IMG/VR virus record: IMGVR_UViG_3300042935_001404
Source of the DNA: a virus
Lineage: Duplodnaviria; Caudoviricetes
Strand: one strand, 5' to 3'
DNA: 64,000 nt
Numbering within the stretch: position 1 is the stretch's first letter; each line of letters starts with the position of its first letter. The translations under genes and the position numbers were made by a program. The notes beneath the pieces were generated by a model. It worked only from the letters and a program-made list of their open reading frames with translations, was not told the origin of the DNA and ran no database searches. Shown piece after piece: positions 1-8,987 of this stretch.

Positions 1-926
1 TCAACGTTGGGTGTTTGATTTATACCGTTAATTGTGACCAAAATTCCAGTTGCGGTAGCGGCCTGGTCCAGGGTGTATGTTGCAGTTGATCCATCTGGTG
101 TGATAGTTTGATTGGTAATATTTGCTATTGCACCGCCGATACTTTCCCAGTCTGATCCAGTGTATATTTCTGTCTGATTCAAGGCGTTGTTGTAGCGTAT
201 TGTTCCTTCCACAGCTGGATCTGGACGCTGTGTGGTGTTACCATATGGAATCGTTATGCCGCCTGTGCCAGATATGGTCACAAGTCCGTTGCCGGTGGCA
301 GTTAGGGTAATGTTTCCATTGGCCAAGTTTGTGGACACTGTGGTATTGGCCACAGTCAAATTGCCAATTGTTACATTGCCAGGATTGTTGGTAACTCCAA
401 GAGCGCCAACATATTCGTAACCTGAGATATACACCACATTTCCTGCAGTCAACACAGTGGGAATTGTTTCGCCAATGAAGTTGAGTACGCCGGCTTGTGT
501 ATCAAAGAAATATTCGCCAACTCCGCCAATACCAGTGGAGAATATCTGTGTGCCGGTGGCTTGAATGTTAGCGGCTGCGGCAGGTCCTACATATACCTTT
601 GGCAACCAAGTGGCTCCAAACTCTTGCGGAATCCAGTATTCAACATTGCTCAGCCATGTGGGACGTATGCCACCTATGGGTGGCACAGTGGTGTCCGGGT
701 CGCACTGCACAGAATTTGCGTTTATACGAGCATTAGCAATGCCAGTGATTGCACCAGCAGAGGAAGTAATTTGGTCAGACTGCATCCATACAATGTCGCC
801 ACGTATGAACGCTGGTGATGCTATGCTTTCGTTTGACGCACTTTTAGTTGTGGCGTTGGCAGTTTTTGCAACACCTTGCAGTTTCTTAAACAGTAGGTCA
901 ATGTATTGTGCGACTGAGACTGCCAT
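1..926 (-). CDS. Virion structural protein, truncated by the left window edge (not in ORF track)
   Basis: ATG at 926-924 overlaps the upstream TAA (TAATG). Hand translation is open to the edge: MAVSVAQYIDLLFKKLQGVAK...IPYGNTTQRPDPAVEGTIRYNN...TINGINQTPNV. Fibre/baseplate-type modules also occur in neighbouring genes. Confidence 0.8.
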   Translation of the reverse strand, partial: MAVSVAQYIDLLFKKLQGVAKTANATTKSASNESIASPAFIRGDIVWMQSDQITSSAGAITGIANARINANSVQCDPDTTVPPIGGIRPTWLSNVEYWIPQEFGATWLPKVYVGPAAAANIQATGTQIFSTGIGGVGEYFFDTQAGVLNFIGETIPTVLTAGNVVYISGYEYVGALGVTNNPGNVTIGNLTVANTTVSTNLANGNITLTATGNGLVTISGTGGITIPYGNTTQRPDPAVEGTIRYNNALNQTEIYTGSDWESIGGAIANITNQTITPDGSTATYTLDQAATATGILVTINGINQTPNV

Positions 927-3427
927 TAGTTACTCGCTACGTTTAGTGATAGGCCGGTCACTGACTGACCTGATGTGAGAGCAACTCTCACATAGATTTC
1001 GTTTGTTGCTGTGCTGGAACTTGAAACAGTTCCAAAAGTACAAGTTTTGTTTGTACTTGCTGTGTTTACGTTGGGAACAACTACACCACCCAGGGCGCAA
1101 CCATCTGACCCGTTACCTGGACTATTAACACCAGGATAACCAGCGCCGGCATAGGCAGTGGTCATCGCAATCCAGCCATTGGCACCAGAACTGGAATCAA
1201 TCACTGATCCTGGCAATGCCACCCATATACCAGCCACATTGCCAGCATAGGTAATGTCAAATTTTGACACATTGGTTCGTATAAATTTGATTGTAAAGTA
1301 CTGTGTTCCTGTGCGGCCAGCACTTAGGTTAGGACCTGCAGGCAAGTATCCTGTTGAATAATTGGTTTGATCATGTTTGAGTACACCTTGTGACCCTGAG
1401 CCTACCACAGTGGCATCGTATGTTTCCAGTGTTGAACTTTGACTGTTAAAGTTTGCTTCGCTGCCTGTGTACGCAGGAGTGTTTCCGGAGCCAGGATTGA
1501 TGATACGAACAGCATTGCCTGACCCTGTGCCAACCCCAGTGACAATAACATTGCCTTCGTCGATGGCAGTGGCAGAGCCTGATTTATACAATGCAATATT
1601 GCCCAGAGCTGAGGTCAATGTCAACGTGCCAGTTGAGTAACTGTTGTTGACACTGATGCTGGGACCAGTTGAACTGCCGCCAAATCCTGTGGTTATGTTT
1701 GCAGTGGTTGAGAATGATGCACTTGCAAACGATCCAAGAACGTTACTGCCAATGTTGCTGGCGCTGTAGTTAACTGATGCAGGTGCCGCAAAACTTCCGG
1801 CGGCTGAACCGGACGCCAAGGTGTTTGATGTTGGGTATGTGTTGCCACTGACATTGGCCACATTGGCAGAAATTGCAAATTGTGTGGCATTGGTATAGTG
1901 CGGAATAGTACTGCTATACAATAAAGTTGGTGACCCTGGCGGAGTCATTGTGCCAGCACTGAAACTGGGAGTAGCAGGACTAGAATTGTCATAGTACCAA
2001 ACAGGTGTGTTGGTATTGCCTGTGGCAGAATCTGCTATGTAAACTTCGTTCCAACCAGCTGGTGCCGCGGTTCCTGACATAGACGATGAGAACACATACC
2101 AGAATCCTGCGGCAATGTTTGCATTGGCGTTGCGATAGTCAAAGTTATTGGTGATCACCAGGTTGCCGCCGTAGGTGCCATTGGCTGTGGGGCTCGCACC
2201 GGCGTTCAAGGTCACATTGCCCACATTGGCACCATTGCGAACCGCAGTGATTGTACCGGTATCTCCAGGGCCAACAGTGCTGATAGTGTTGGTAGCATAG
2301 GTAGCAACACGCAGAATCGTGGTAACAGTGGCACCAGCGGCCACTGCTTTGTTGGCAGCAGGTGTGTTATCTACCTGTGTGATATTGGCCATTCTGTATG
2401 TGGCCAAACCAGAAAGTGACAGTGTTTGTCCGCCCGGAAAATTAGCAGGAGATGGTGGTACCAATTTTCCCAGCACTGTGTTTAGCTGTGTGATACCATC
2501 AGTCACTGTGGTAGTGGTGGTTAAAGTAACAGCATTACTAACAAGGTTGCCCAATGTGTTGGTACCCATTGGGATAAGATTGCCCACTACGCCAATGTCA
2601 GCTGCCGATGACCATGTCAAATTGCCGGAACCGTTGGTGCTTAATACATAATTTGCAGTGCCGCCTGTGATTGTGATATTGGCATTTGAGCCCAGTGACA
2701 ATATTCCAGATGCTGCCGATATAGCGTTGCCAGATAACGTTACTCCATTGGCAACAAGATTACCAGTGGCGTTGACCGTGCCATCTACGTTTGCACCAGT
2801 GCTGGTGACTACAAACACATTGGCAGTGCCTGCTACACTTGTAGCAACATTAGAATTTGCGTAGACTTTTACATTGCTGTTGCCGTTTTGAATTGATGTG
2901 GCATCAATGCCGGTTAATTGACTACCGTTGCCAATGAAGAAGTTACCAGTGATATTACCTGTGGCACTCACTGTGCCTGTGACATCTGCACCTGAGCCTG
3001 TGACCACAAACACATTGGCCGTGCCGCCCACACTTGTGGCCACATTTGCATTGGCATATACTTTTACATTGCTATTGCCATTCTGTATGCTTGTGGCGTC
3101 TATGCCGGTTAGTTGACTGCCGTTGCCAATGAAGAAATTAGCAGTGATGTTGCCGGTAGCACTCATTACACCTGCGGTGTTGACATTTCCGCCTGTGATG
3201 TTGCCAACTGCGCTTACAGTACTAGACGAAAAAAGATTGTTGGCTATCGCATTGCCGACAATATCAAGTGCTTGAACAGGAGTTGCGTTGTTAACACCAA
3301 CTCTGGAATTTACAACGTCAACAAAGACGACCGGGGTGTCGGCTACTGTGTCAGAAATTGCCAGATTAGAACCATCTCTTTCGAGAGTGTTCTTCAACAT
3401 CTGTCCTGCAATTTTGCTAATAGCCAT
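926..3427 (-). CDS. 833-aa Thr/Ser/Gly/Asn-rich virion structural protein (fibre or decoration-like)
   Basis: Long ORF with GNxTxGN beta-repeat composition and an internal 65-aa duplication; TAAATA late promoter upstream. Confidence 0.7.
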   Translation of the reverse strand: MAISKIAGQMLKNTLERDGSNLAISDTVADTPVVFVDVVNSRVGVNNATPVQALDIVGNAIANNLFSSSTVSAVGNITGGNVNTAGVMSATGNITANFFIGNGSQLTGIDATSIQNGNSNVKVYANANVATSVGGTANVFVVTGSGADVTGTVSATGNITGNFFIGNGSQLTGIDATSIQNGNSNVKVYANSNVATSVAGTANVFVVTSTGANVDGTVNATGNLVANGVTLSGNAISAASGILSLGSNANITITGGTANYVLSTNGSGNLTWSSAADIGVVGNLIPMGTNTLGNLVSNAVTLTTTTTVTDGITQLNTVLGKLVPPSPANFPGGQTLSLSGLATYRMANITQVDNTPAANKAVAAGATVTTILRVATYATNTISTVGPGDTGTITAVRNGANVGNVTLNAGASPTANGTYGGNLVITNNFDYRNANANIAAGFWYVFSSSMSGTAAPAGWNEVYIADSATGNTNTPVWYYDNSSPATPSFSAGTMTPPGSPTLLYSSTIPHYTNATQFAISANVANVSGNTYPTSNTLASGSAAGSFAAPASVNYSASNIGSNVLGSFASASFSTTANITTGFGGSSTGPSISVNNSYSTGTLTLTSALGNIALYKSGSATAIDEGNVIVTGVGTGSGNAVRIINPGSGNTPAYTGSEANFNSQSSTLETYDATVVGSGSQGVLKHDQTNYSTGYLPAGPNLSAGRTGTQYFTIKFIRTNVSKFDITYAGNVAGIWVALPGSVIDSSSGANGWIAMTTAYAGAGYPGVNSPGNGSDGCALGGVVVPNVNTASTNKTCTFGTVSSSSTATNEIYVRVALTSGQSVTGLSLNVASN
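2750..3139 (-). repeat. Two tandem 195-nt (65-aa) repeats in the 833-aa protein
   Basis: NFFIGNGSQLTGIDATSIQNGNSNVKVYAN.NVATSV.GTANVFVVT occurs twice; ccgttgccaatgaagaa at 2925 and 3120. Confidence 0.9.
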
Positions 3428-3447
3428 TGATTTTTTCCCTTATAGGG

Positions 3448-3453
3448 TATTTA
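3448..3453 (-). promoter_or_regulatory. T4-type late promoter core TAAATA
   Basis: TAAATA 20 nt upstream of the 3427 ATG. Confidence 0.6.
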
Positions 3454-3466
3454 GTTGATGCAACAC

Positions 3467-3865
3467 TCAGGTTGTGCTATGAATCACGTTGACTGGAAGA
3501 CCCAATGGCGGCGCACTGGTAAATGTGATATCAAATCCACCGTTAACTGTGTAATTTGTCACTGGTATCTGATACACGCTGCCAATAAACACAATGATCT
3601 GTTGTGCTGTTGCTTCCTGTACGGACATGGTGAACACTGTGGTAACACCGTTGCCTATAAAATCATCAACTGTGTAAGCAATGGATCCACCAGCGGACAG
3701 AGGAGACCATACAGCACCGTTGTAGAATTCAATCAATCCTATATCGGTGTTAAATCTAAATTGACCAAACACAGGTGCGTCCGGGCGAGTGGCCGAGCTG
3801 CCAGTTGGCATGACCACTGATGTACTGCCAGATTCTAGTCGTCGATTTTTGACCCAATTTCCCAT
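3467..3865 (-). CDS. Small virion structural protein (132 aa)
   Basis: PTGSSATRP..GQFRFNT...EFYNG..W fibre-type module plus GNGVTTVF..VYQ.P..YT module; in structural operon. Confidence 0.7.
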   Translation of the reverse strand: MGNWVKNRRLESGSTSVVMPTGSSATRPDAPVFGQFRFNTDIGLIEFYNGAVWSPLSAGGSIAYTVDDFIGNGVTTVFTMSVQEATAQQIIVFIGSVYQIPVTNYTVNGGFDITFTSAPPLGLPVNVIHSTT

Positions 3866-3866
3866 G

Positions 3867-4199
3867 TTACACTGCGATCGAACTCACTGTAACAGTGACA
3901 CAATCAGCAATGTTTGCTTCAACATCAATGAGATCGCCGTTGTCTAGTATAAGTCTTTCTGTTGATATAACATAGGTATCACCTATGTTGCCGCTGCCAG
4001 CAGTGAGTAAAATCTGATTGTAAATCATATTTTCAAAAGCAGCTCCAACACTGTCATCACTGTTGATTGCAAATACATTGACAGAAACATCTGTTCCTGT
4101 TGTGTTGCACAAATATATTGTGGTGATTGCCTGTTGTCCAACTGCTTCAAATACTGTGGTTGGTGTGGTTGTTGTTAATCGTGTATTGGTAATTGCCAT
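3867..4199 (-). CDS. Small all-beta virion protein (110 aa)
   Basis: Tightly packed ORF; beta-strand pattern (IYLCN, VNVFAI, LILDNGDLI). Confidence 0.6.
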   Translation of the reverse strand: MAITNTRLTTTTPTTVFEAVGQQAITTIYLCNTTGTDVSVNVFAINSDDSVGAAFENMIYNQILLTAGSGNIGDTYVISTERLILDNGDLIDVEANIADCVTVTVSSIAV

Positions 4200-4208
4200 T
4201 TTGATTCC

Positions 4209-4820
4209 TTAAAGTACAAGACTGTATGCAAGAGCCTTGCGTTTGCTAATTAATTCGTCGTCAACAGTTGTGCTTCTGACGTACACACCAGTACCGCCAG
4301 CGCCTTCGGTGTTGTTGTACAGTGCGGCACTGTTTGCTGTTGCTGTGGGCGTTGACGCTATGTTGCCCAAGACCAATTGTCCTGTTATGCCCACTTTGGT
4401 ATTTACAGAATCAAATGTAAATTTGCTATTACCACCAAACACGCCAGCATTGTTAAATTGTACAGAGTTAACAGGTGCACCCGGTGTTCCGCCCACAGTG
4501 CCGGAAGCAATTGTTACATATGCAGATATTGGTGCGCCATTGGCGTCAACACTGTCACTGATTTCCCAATCGCCCGACACTGTGTTAAATCGCAAGCCTG
4601 CAAAAGTTGTGGTTGTTTTTTGAGCCACCAAGCCCATACTTTGTATTGCACCGTTGTTGTTGGCTGCAACCGTAATGAATGGGTCAGTGACTTTGAGTTC
4701 ACTTGAATCAATGTATGTGATGTTGCCAATCACATCCAAGTCAGCGTTGATGGTCAGCAGTCCAAGACCATCTGCTACCGTGATGGTATAGTTGCCGCTG
4801 GTATTTTTTACTGTAGCCAT
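4209..4820 (-). CDS. Fibre-like structural protein (203 aa)
   Basis: V.DPFITV and PGAPVNSVQFNNAGVFGG motifs typical of phage fibre proteins; AAGGA SD upstream. Confidence 0.6.
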   Translation of the reverse strand: MATVKNTSGNYTITVADGLGLLTINADLDVIGNITYIDSSELKVTDPFITVAANNNGAIQSMGLVAQKTTTTFAGLRFNTVSGDWEISDSVDANGAPISAYVTIASGTVGGTPGAPVNSVQFNNAGVFGGNSKFTFDSVNTKVGITGQLVLGNIASTPTATANSAALYNNTEGAGGTGVYVRSTTVDDELISKRKALAYSLVL

Positions 4821-5408
4821 TTAGAGATCCTTTTGATTATTTATCCGCATTACAAAGGTACTCAAATCCTCGTGAGTTAAGTTTTTAATCCGGTCTAATT
4901 CTGGTAATCGTGCTGTGGTGTTGCCGCAGATGCGAATAAATTCGGTATCAGGGTGGTCTTTGGCCACAGTTGTCAGTTGTTTTACCCAGTTTCCGGTAAA
5001 AGTTGGACGTGAATCATTGGGTTTGTAAAACTCTGTGCCAGCATACATGTTGTTAAACTGGTTGTGTACATTGGGACCCATGTCGAATCCTATCAGGTAG
5101 ATCCTGCCGTGTTGATCTTTTGCCGCAATGCCCACTGCATTTGGACCAGAACTGAATCCGTAATACTCTTTGGGAACAGCCACAGCACCCAGCCCGGGAA
5201 TGGGTTTTCTTGTGTAGAATCGATGTCGTGCAGAATAGCCTGTTTCTTGTATCAGCTGGGCAATTGGGCGATCTGTTGCCACAAGAACGTCTGGTGTAAA
5301 CTCTCGATAAAGAGCGTTACAGCCATATACTTTTCCCAATGTTTTGATGTGTTCCAACGGCAGGCCGGACCTGCTGACTCCGTTGCCCAACACAAATGCT
5401 ATAGTCAT
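4821..5408 (-). CDS. MAF/DUF115-like (GT29/MptE-like fold) protein
   Basis: VLGNGVSR, YGCNALY, LVATD and IYLIGFD motifs. Confidence 0.55.
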   Translation of the reverse strand: MTIAFVLGNGVSRSGLPLEHIKTLGKVYGCNALYREFTPDVLVATDRPIAQLIQETGYSARHRFYTRKPIPGLGAVAVPKEYYGFSSGPNAVGIAAKDQHGRIYLIGFDMGPNVHNQFNNMYAGTEFYKPNDSRPTFTGNWVKQLTTVAKDHPDTEFIRICGNTTARLPELDRIKNLTHEDLSTFVMRINNQKDL

Positions 5409-5439
5409 AAAAAATCCCCACAGTACTTAGTGGGGATTT
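5409..5439 (-). terminator. Intrinsic terminator hairpin with a TAAGTA late-promoter-like hexamer in the loop
   Basis: AAATCCCCAC (5412-5421) / GTGGGGATTT (5430-5439), perfect 10-bp stem; minus-strand U-run follows; minus-strand loop is TAAGTACT. Confidence 0.7.
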
Positions 5440-5455
5440 GTGAGTTACAACAAAA

Positions 5456-6265
5456 TTAGCTTGTGTAGTTCTCTACAATTGCTAGATCCAATGCACCTGT
5501 TGCCAATTGCTCTGAACCGTTTGTGCCCCAGGTGTCAATTTCAGCACCAGACTTGGCCGTTGTGCCTTCGTCACTGAAGAAGTTGTCAACCAATGTTACG
5601 TTGTCAACAACCAGAGTTGGATTCCAAACGTCACCGGTGTTGGCTCCGCCGCCTGCACAACCGCCGGCAAAGTTCTGCAAGAACTTGTTGGTCAACTTGC
5701 TGACTGTTGTTTCAGTTGAGTCGTTGCTGAAATAACTGATGCTCATGTTGCCGGCTGTAGGAGTTACATCATTTTGCAACACACATGTGCCAACTTCTTG
5801 CGCTGTGCCGGTGGTGCTGCCTGCAGAGGCTACTGTAGGAGTAAAAATAGTACCAATGCCGTAGCCGGCTGGAGCACCCATACTAGCCCATTCAGTGTCA
5901 CCAACTACAGCAATACGCAAGGCCACACCAACCACGGCATCAGCTGGATCAATTGCTGTGGTTGTTGCAACCATAAACTTGCGTGAACCTTTTTGGCGAA
6001 TAATCAATCCAGGTGTTTGACCACTGTAGCTGTTGGTAATGTTTACTTCGCACTTGACGATTGGATAAGCTGCGCTGGCAACGGTTGTAGGTTGTACACC
6101 GCCAACTACACCAAGATATTCTGTGCCAGTCCAAGTACTACTTGGATACACCGGTGCTGTTAAACTTGTTAATGCATTGAAACCAATATCAACTCCAGGG
6201 TTTGCACCGGTGCTAGAGTTATAACTAGCTTCGGTAATTTTTTTAATTTTAAGAGGACGTCCCAT
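5456..6265 (-). CDS. Putative virion structural protein (269 aa)
   Basis: AAGGAG SD; IIRQKGSRKFMV motif; late promoter and structured leader upstream. Confidence 0.65.
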   Translation of the reverse strand: MGRPLKIKKITEASYNSSTGANPGVDIGFNALTSLTAPVYPSSTWTGTEYLGVVGGVQPTTVASAAYPIVKCEVNITNSYSGQTPGLIIRQKGSRKFMVATTTAIDPADAVVGVALRIAVVGDTEWASMGAPAGYGIGTIFTPTVASAGSTTGTAQEVGTCVLQNDVTPTAGNMSISYFSNDSTETTVSKLTNKFLQNFAGGCAGGGANTGDVWNPTLVVDNVTLVDNFFSDEGTTAKSGAEIDTWGTNGSEQLATGALDLAIVENYTS

Positions 6266-6273
6266 TTTGTTTT

Positions 6274-6351
6274 CTCCTTAAAGAAGTCCGATGTGGGTTC
6301 TAGCCACTACGCGGTAGGGTTTAGTCTTCCGCATAAAACGCCGTATTGCGT
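6274..6351 (-). promoter_or_regulatory. Structured 5' leader (four hairpins, the last occluding the SD)
   Basis: Minus-strand stems ACGC/GCGU, AUGCGG/CCGCGU, GUGG/CCAC and CUUCU/AGGAG between TAAATA (6359-6364) and ATG 6265. Confidence 0.55.
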
Positions 6352-6358
6352 TGACAAG

Positions 6359-6364
6359 TATTTA
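6359..6364 (-). promoter_or_regulatory. Late promoter core TAAATA
   Basis: forward tattta; precedes the structured leader. Confidence 0.65.
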
Positions 6365-6401
6365 TGAGTGATTGATATTTTTGCAGTGTCAAAATAACAT
6401 G

Positions 6402-6407
6402 TAAATA
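6402..6407 (+). promoter_or_regulatory. Late promoter core TAAATA, 5 nt before ATG
   Basis: TAAATA-TTGCC-ATG(6413). Confidence 0.65.
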
Positions 6408-6412
6408 TTGCC

Positions 6413-7573
6413 ATGCAAACCACAGAACAACTTATTGCTCAGGGCAATACCTACAGAGAACAACACCTACCAGAACAGGCCCTGCAACAGTACGCTGTAG
6501 CGATGGCCACGGACAGAGGCTCATCGGGTGCGTTCAACAACTACGGCAATGTGCTGAGAGAGATAGGCGATCCTGTGGGCGCTGTTCCGTTTTTACAACG
6601 TGCCATACAGTTGGATCCGGCCAATGTCACACACCATTTTAATTTGTCAGTGGCCTACTTGCTGGGTGGAGACTATGTGCGTGGATGGCCTGCATATGAA
6701 GCACGACACAATTTTGAACATTTGAAAGGTACCATTCCCAACTATCCGTGGCCTGTGTGGAACGGTGAAGATTTAACAGGTAAAACAATTTTTATTCGTG
6801 GCGAACAAGGCCACGGCGATATTATTCAGTTTGTGCGGTTCATACAGAACTTAAAAAACATTGGTGGCACAGTCACAGTGCAAGTGACCAACGGATTAAT
6901 TCCGTTGATACAATCCAGTGAAATTGGCCGCGGAGTGCGAGTAATTGGTTATGCCGAAAATCCGGGTGATGCGTTTGATTACTGGCTTCCCATAATGAGC
7001 CTGCCCGGCAAGTTAAACGTTCGTGTTGACAACTTGCCCACTGTGATTCAATACTTAAATCCTGATCCTGCATTGGTTGCGGACTGGCGCAGGAACCTGG
7101 GAGTAAAAAATCGGCTACGAGTGGGCTTTGCCTGGTCAGGACGACGCGACAGCTGGATCAATCAACACAAGGCCATGCCGTTTGAGACCATGCTGGGATT
7201 GATTCGATCACATGCAGATTACGAATGGTATAATTTACAAACTGACTGTACTGCTGAGGAAGAAAAAGAACTAGAGTCAGTGGGAGTACGCTGTTTTCCA
7301 GGTGGTGTGAACTCGTTTGCTGACACTGCCGCATTGGTTGCAAACCTTGATGTGGTGGTGAGTGTGGACACTGCCACTGCACATCTTGCTGCCGCATTGG
7401 GCAAACCCACTTGGATCATGTTAAACAACTATGCACCTTGCTGGCGCTGGTTGCTGAACAGAGACGACACGCCTTGGTATGCCACTGCAAGATTGTTCCG
7501 TCAACCTCAAATGGGTGACTGGGCCACGGTGGTTGAACGAATCAAGTTACACTTGAAATTGTTTAAGATTTAA
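6413..7573 (+). CDS. TPR-repeat plus GT9-like glycosyltransferase
   Basis: N-terminal TPRs (AFNNYGNVLREIGD..GAVPFLQRAIQLDP); GEQGHGDIIQFVRF, VGFAWSG, DVVVSVDTATAHLAAALGKPTWIML. Confidence 0.8.
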   Translation: MQTTEQLIAQGNTYREQHLPEQALQQYAVAMATDRGSSGAFNNYGNVLREIGDPVGAVPFLQRAIQLDPANVTHHFNLSVAYLLGGDYVRGWPAYEARHNFEHLKGTIPNYPWPVWNGEDLTGKTIFIRGEQGHGDIIQFVRFIQNLKNIGGTVTVQVTNGLIPLIQSSEIGRGVRVIGYAENPGDAFDYWLPIMSLPGKLNVRVDNLPTVIQYLNPDPALVADWRRNLGVKNRLRVGFAWSGRRDSWINQHKAMPFETMLGLIRSHADYEWYNLQTDCTAEEEKELESVGVRCFPGGVNSFADTAALVANLDVVVSVDTATAHLAAALGKPTWIMLNNYAPCWRWLLNRDDTPWYATARLFRQPQMGDWATVVERIKLHLKLFKI

Positions 7574-7697
7574 CAGGTTGCATTTGCACAGGCACAACAG
7601 GAGACGCAGGCCTGGGTTGTGGTAATCCCAAGGTTGTTCCTACTGGACTTGCATGCTTCTCAGGAAATAGGCCTGAATATTTTATTTGGTTGATCAT
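7563..7697 (-). CDS. 44-aa Pro-rich late ORF (below ORF-track cutoff)
   Basis: MINQIKYSGLFPEKHASPVGTTLGLPQPRPASPVVPVQMQPVKS*; perfect TATAAATA 5 nt upstream. Confidence 0.55.
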   Translation of the reverse strand: MINQIKYSGLFPEKHASPVGTTLGLPQPRPASPVVPVQMQPVKS

Positions 7698-7702
7698 ACC
7701 AA

Positions 7703-7710
7703 TATTTATA
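7703..7710 (-). promoter_or_regulatory. Late promoter TATAAATA (full T4 consensus)
   Basis: forward tatttata, just past the gp23 terminator. Confidence 0.7.
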
Positions 7711-7716
7711 CCCAAT

Positions 7717-7744
7717 AAAAAAGCACTCCGAAGAGTGCTTTTTT
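7717..7744 (-). terminator. Intrinsic terminator of the capsid operon
   Basis: Minus strand AAAAAAGCACTC-TTCG-GAGTGCTTTTTT: C(UUCG)G tetraloop plus U-tract, typical of T4-like phages. Confidence 0.9.
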
Positions 7745-7772
7745 CCTTCCCATCCCTGGGTGGATTCTCTGA

Positions 7773-8969
7773 TTAAGAGAAAGACAAGTTTTGAACAGCA
7801 ATCTCGCCAACATAGTCAGCGGCGTTACCGAAAGAACTTGCAGTGTTTGTCAACTCTACGAAGCCATAACGAGTCATAAATGACACGACTGGTTCGAATG
7901 TTGATGGGTCAAGAACCACACCACTACTCATTAACGGAATATAAGGGCAATAGAATGCGGCAGCATCTGCCTCACTAGTACCTTTGTAGCCAACCAATAC
8001 GTTAGCAGTGTCGCTAGCATAGGAGTTAACAAATACACGCATAGCACCGTTCAATGTACCAACAAACTTGGTGTTTGTAGGTGCTTCGAATGTGCCTTCT
8101 GTTGTGCGAGCAAACGCTGAAGTAGTTGCACTTTGCAACACTGTCAATGCGGCTGGCGAAACAACAGCCCAGTTACCTGCGCCACGACGTGTACGTTGGG
8201 CGATCAAGTTAGCTGTACGGTTGATCAACACTGCCAAAGCAGCGTGTTCGTCACCCACAAACGTAGCAGTACCGGAAACGGTAGCTTGGTTGTATGTGTA
8301 CTCAACAGCAGCCAATGTGCTCAAACTCAAGAGAATCTCTTGGTCAATCTCAGCAGTGATCTCTTGTGCAAGAGCTGCCATGATTTCTGCTTCAACGTCA
8401 ATACCGTGCATGGCTTGTGCGTCTTGTGCAGATTCAAATGTCCAACGTGCTTGCAACTTACGTGTCTTGGCTTCAACTGCTTGCTTCAAGATTTGAACGG
8501 AAATTTGCTTACCGCCGTTACCTTCAAGCGTTGCTGTGTTAGCGCCTGTGTAAGTTGATGTTGATGTTGTATCTTTGCCAACTGTAGAGTATGCAGTGGC
8601 AATAGTGAATGGACTCAATGCTTCTTGACCAGCTGTAACACTAGTAGCGGCTGCTGAGTTGTCAGTCAAGTTACCAGCGTAACGCACACGTAGAGTGTGG
8701 ATCTGACCAACTGGACCTGTCATTGGCTGAACGCCTACCAACTCGTTAGCAATAACTGTTGGCATTACACGACGGATAACTGGTAGAATCACACGGTTTA
8801 ATGTAGCGATGTTGCCAGATGCTGTGGAACCAGCACTTGCGTTTTCTTTCAAGTACTTACGTGTATTCTCAAGAATAACGTTCATACTAGTGCGCTTAGA
8901 ACCGTTTAGACCTTCGAGCAATGCTTCCTTGGTCTCGTCCCAGCGACCTTCTAATAATTGTTGTGACAT
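7773..8969 (-). CDS. gp23: Major capsid protein (T4 gp23 family)
   Basis: VGVQPMTGPVGQI, RKLQARWT.E.AQD, EI.AEIDQEI, AFYCPYIPL and MTRYG motifs; follows gp22. Confidence 0.95.
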   Translation of the reverse strand: MSQQLLEGRWDETKEALLEGLNGSKRTSMNVILENTRKYLKENASAGSTASGNIATLNRVILPVIRRVMPTVIANELVGVQPMTGPVGQIHTLRVRYAGNLTDNSAAATSVTAGQEALSPFTIATAYSTVGKDTTSTSTYTGANTATLEGNGGKQISVQILKQAVEAKTRKLQARWTFESAQDAQAMHGIDVEAEIMAALAQEITAEIDQEILLSLSTLAAVEYTYNQATVSGTATFVGDEHAALAVLINRTANLIAQRTRRGAGNWAVVSPAALTVLQSATTSAFARTTEGTFEAPTNTKFVGTLNGAMRVFVNSYASDTANVLVGYKGTSEADAAAFYCPYIPLMSSGVVLDPSTFEPVVSFMTRYGFVELTNTASSFGNAADYVGEIAVQNLSFS

Positions 8970-8987
8970 TTAATGTCTCCTTTTAAA

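Noticed and set aside
6351-6379. Plus-strand sigma70 promoter TTGACA-N17-GATATT for the TPR-GT gene
   Set aside because: The -10 is poor, the TTGACA lies at the edge of the minus-strand leader, and a TAAATA-N5-ATG explains the gene better.
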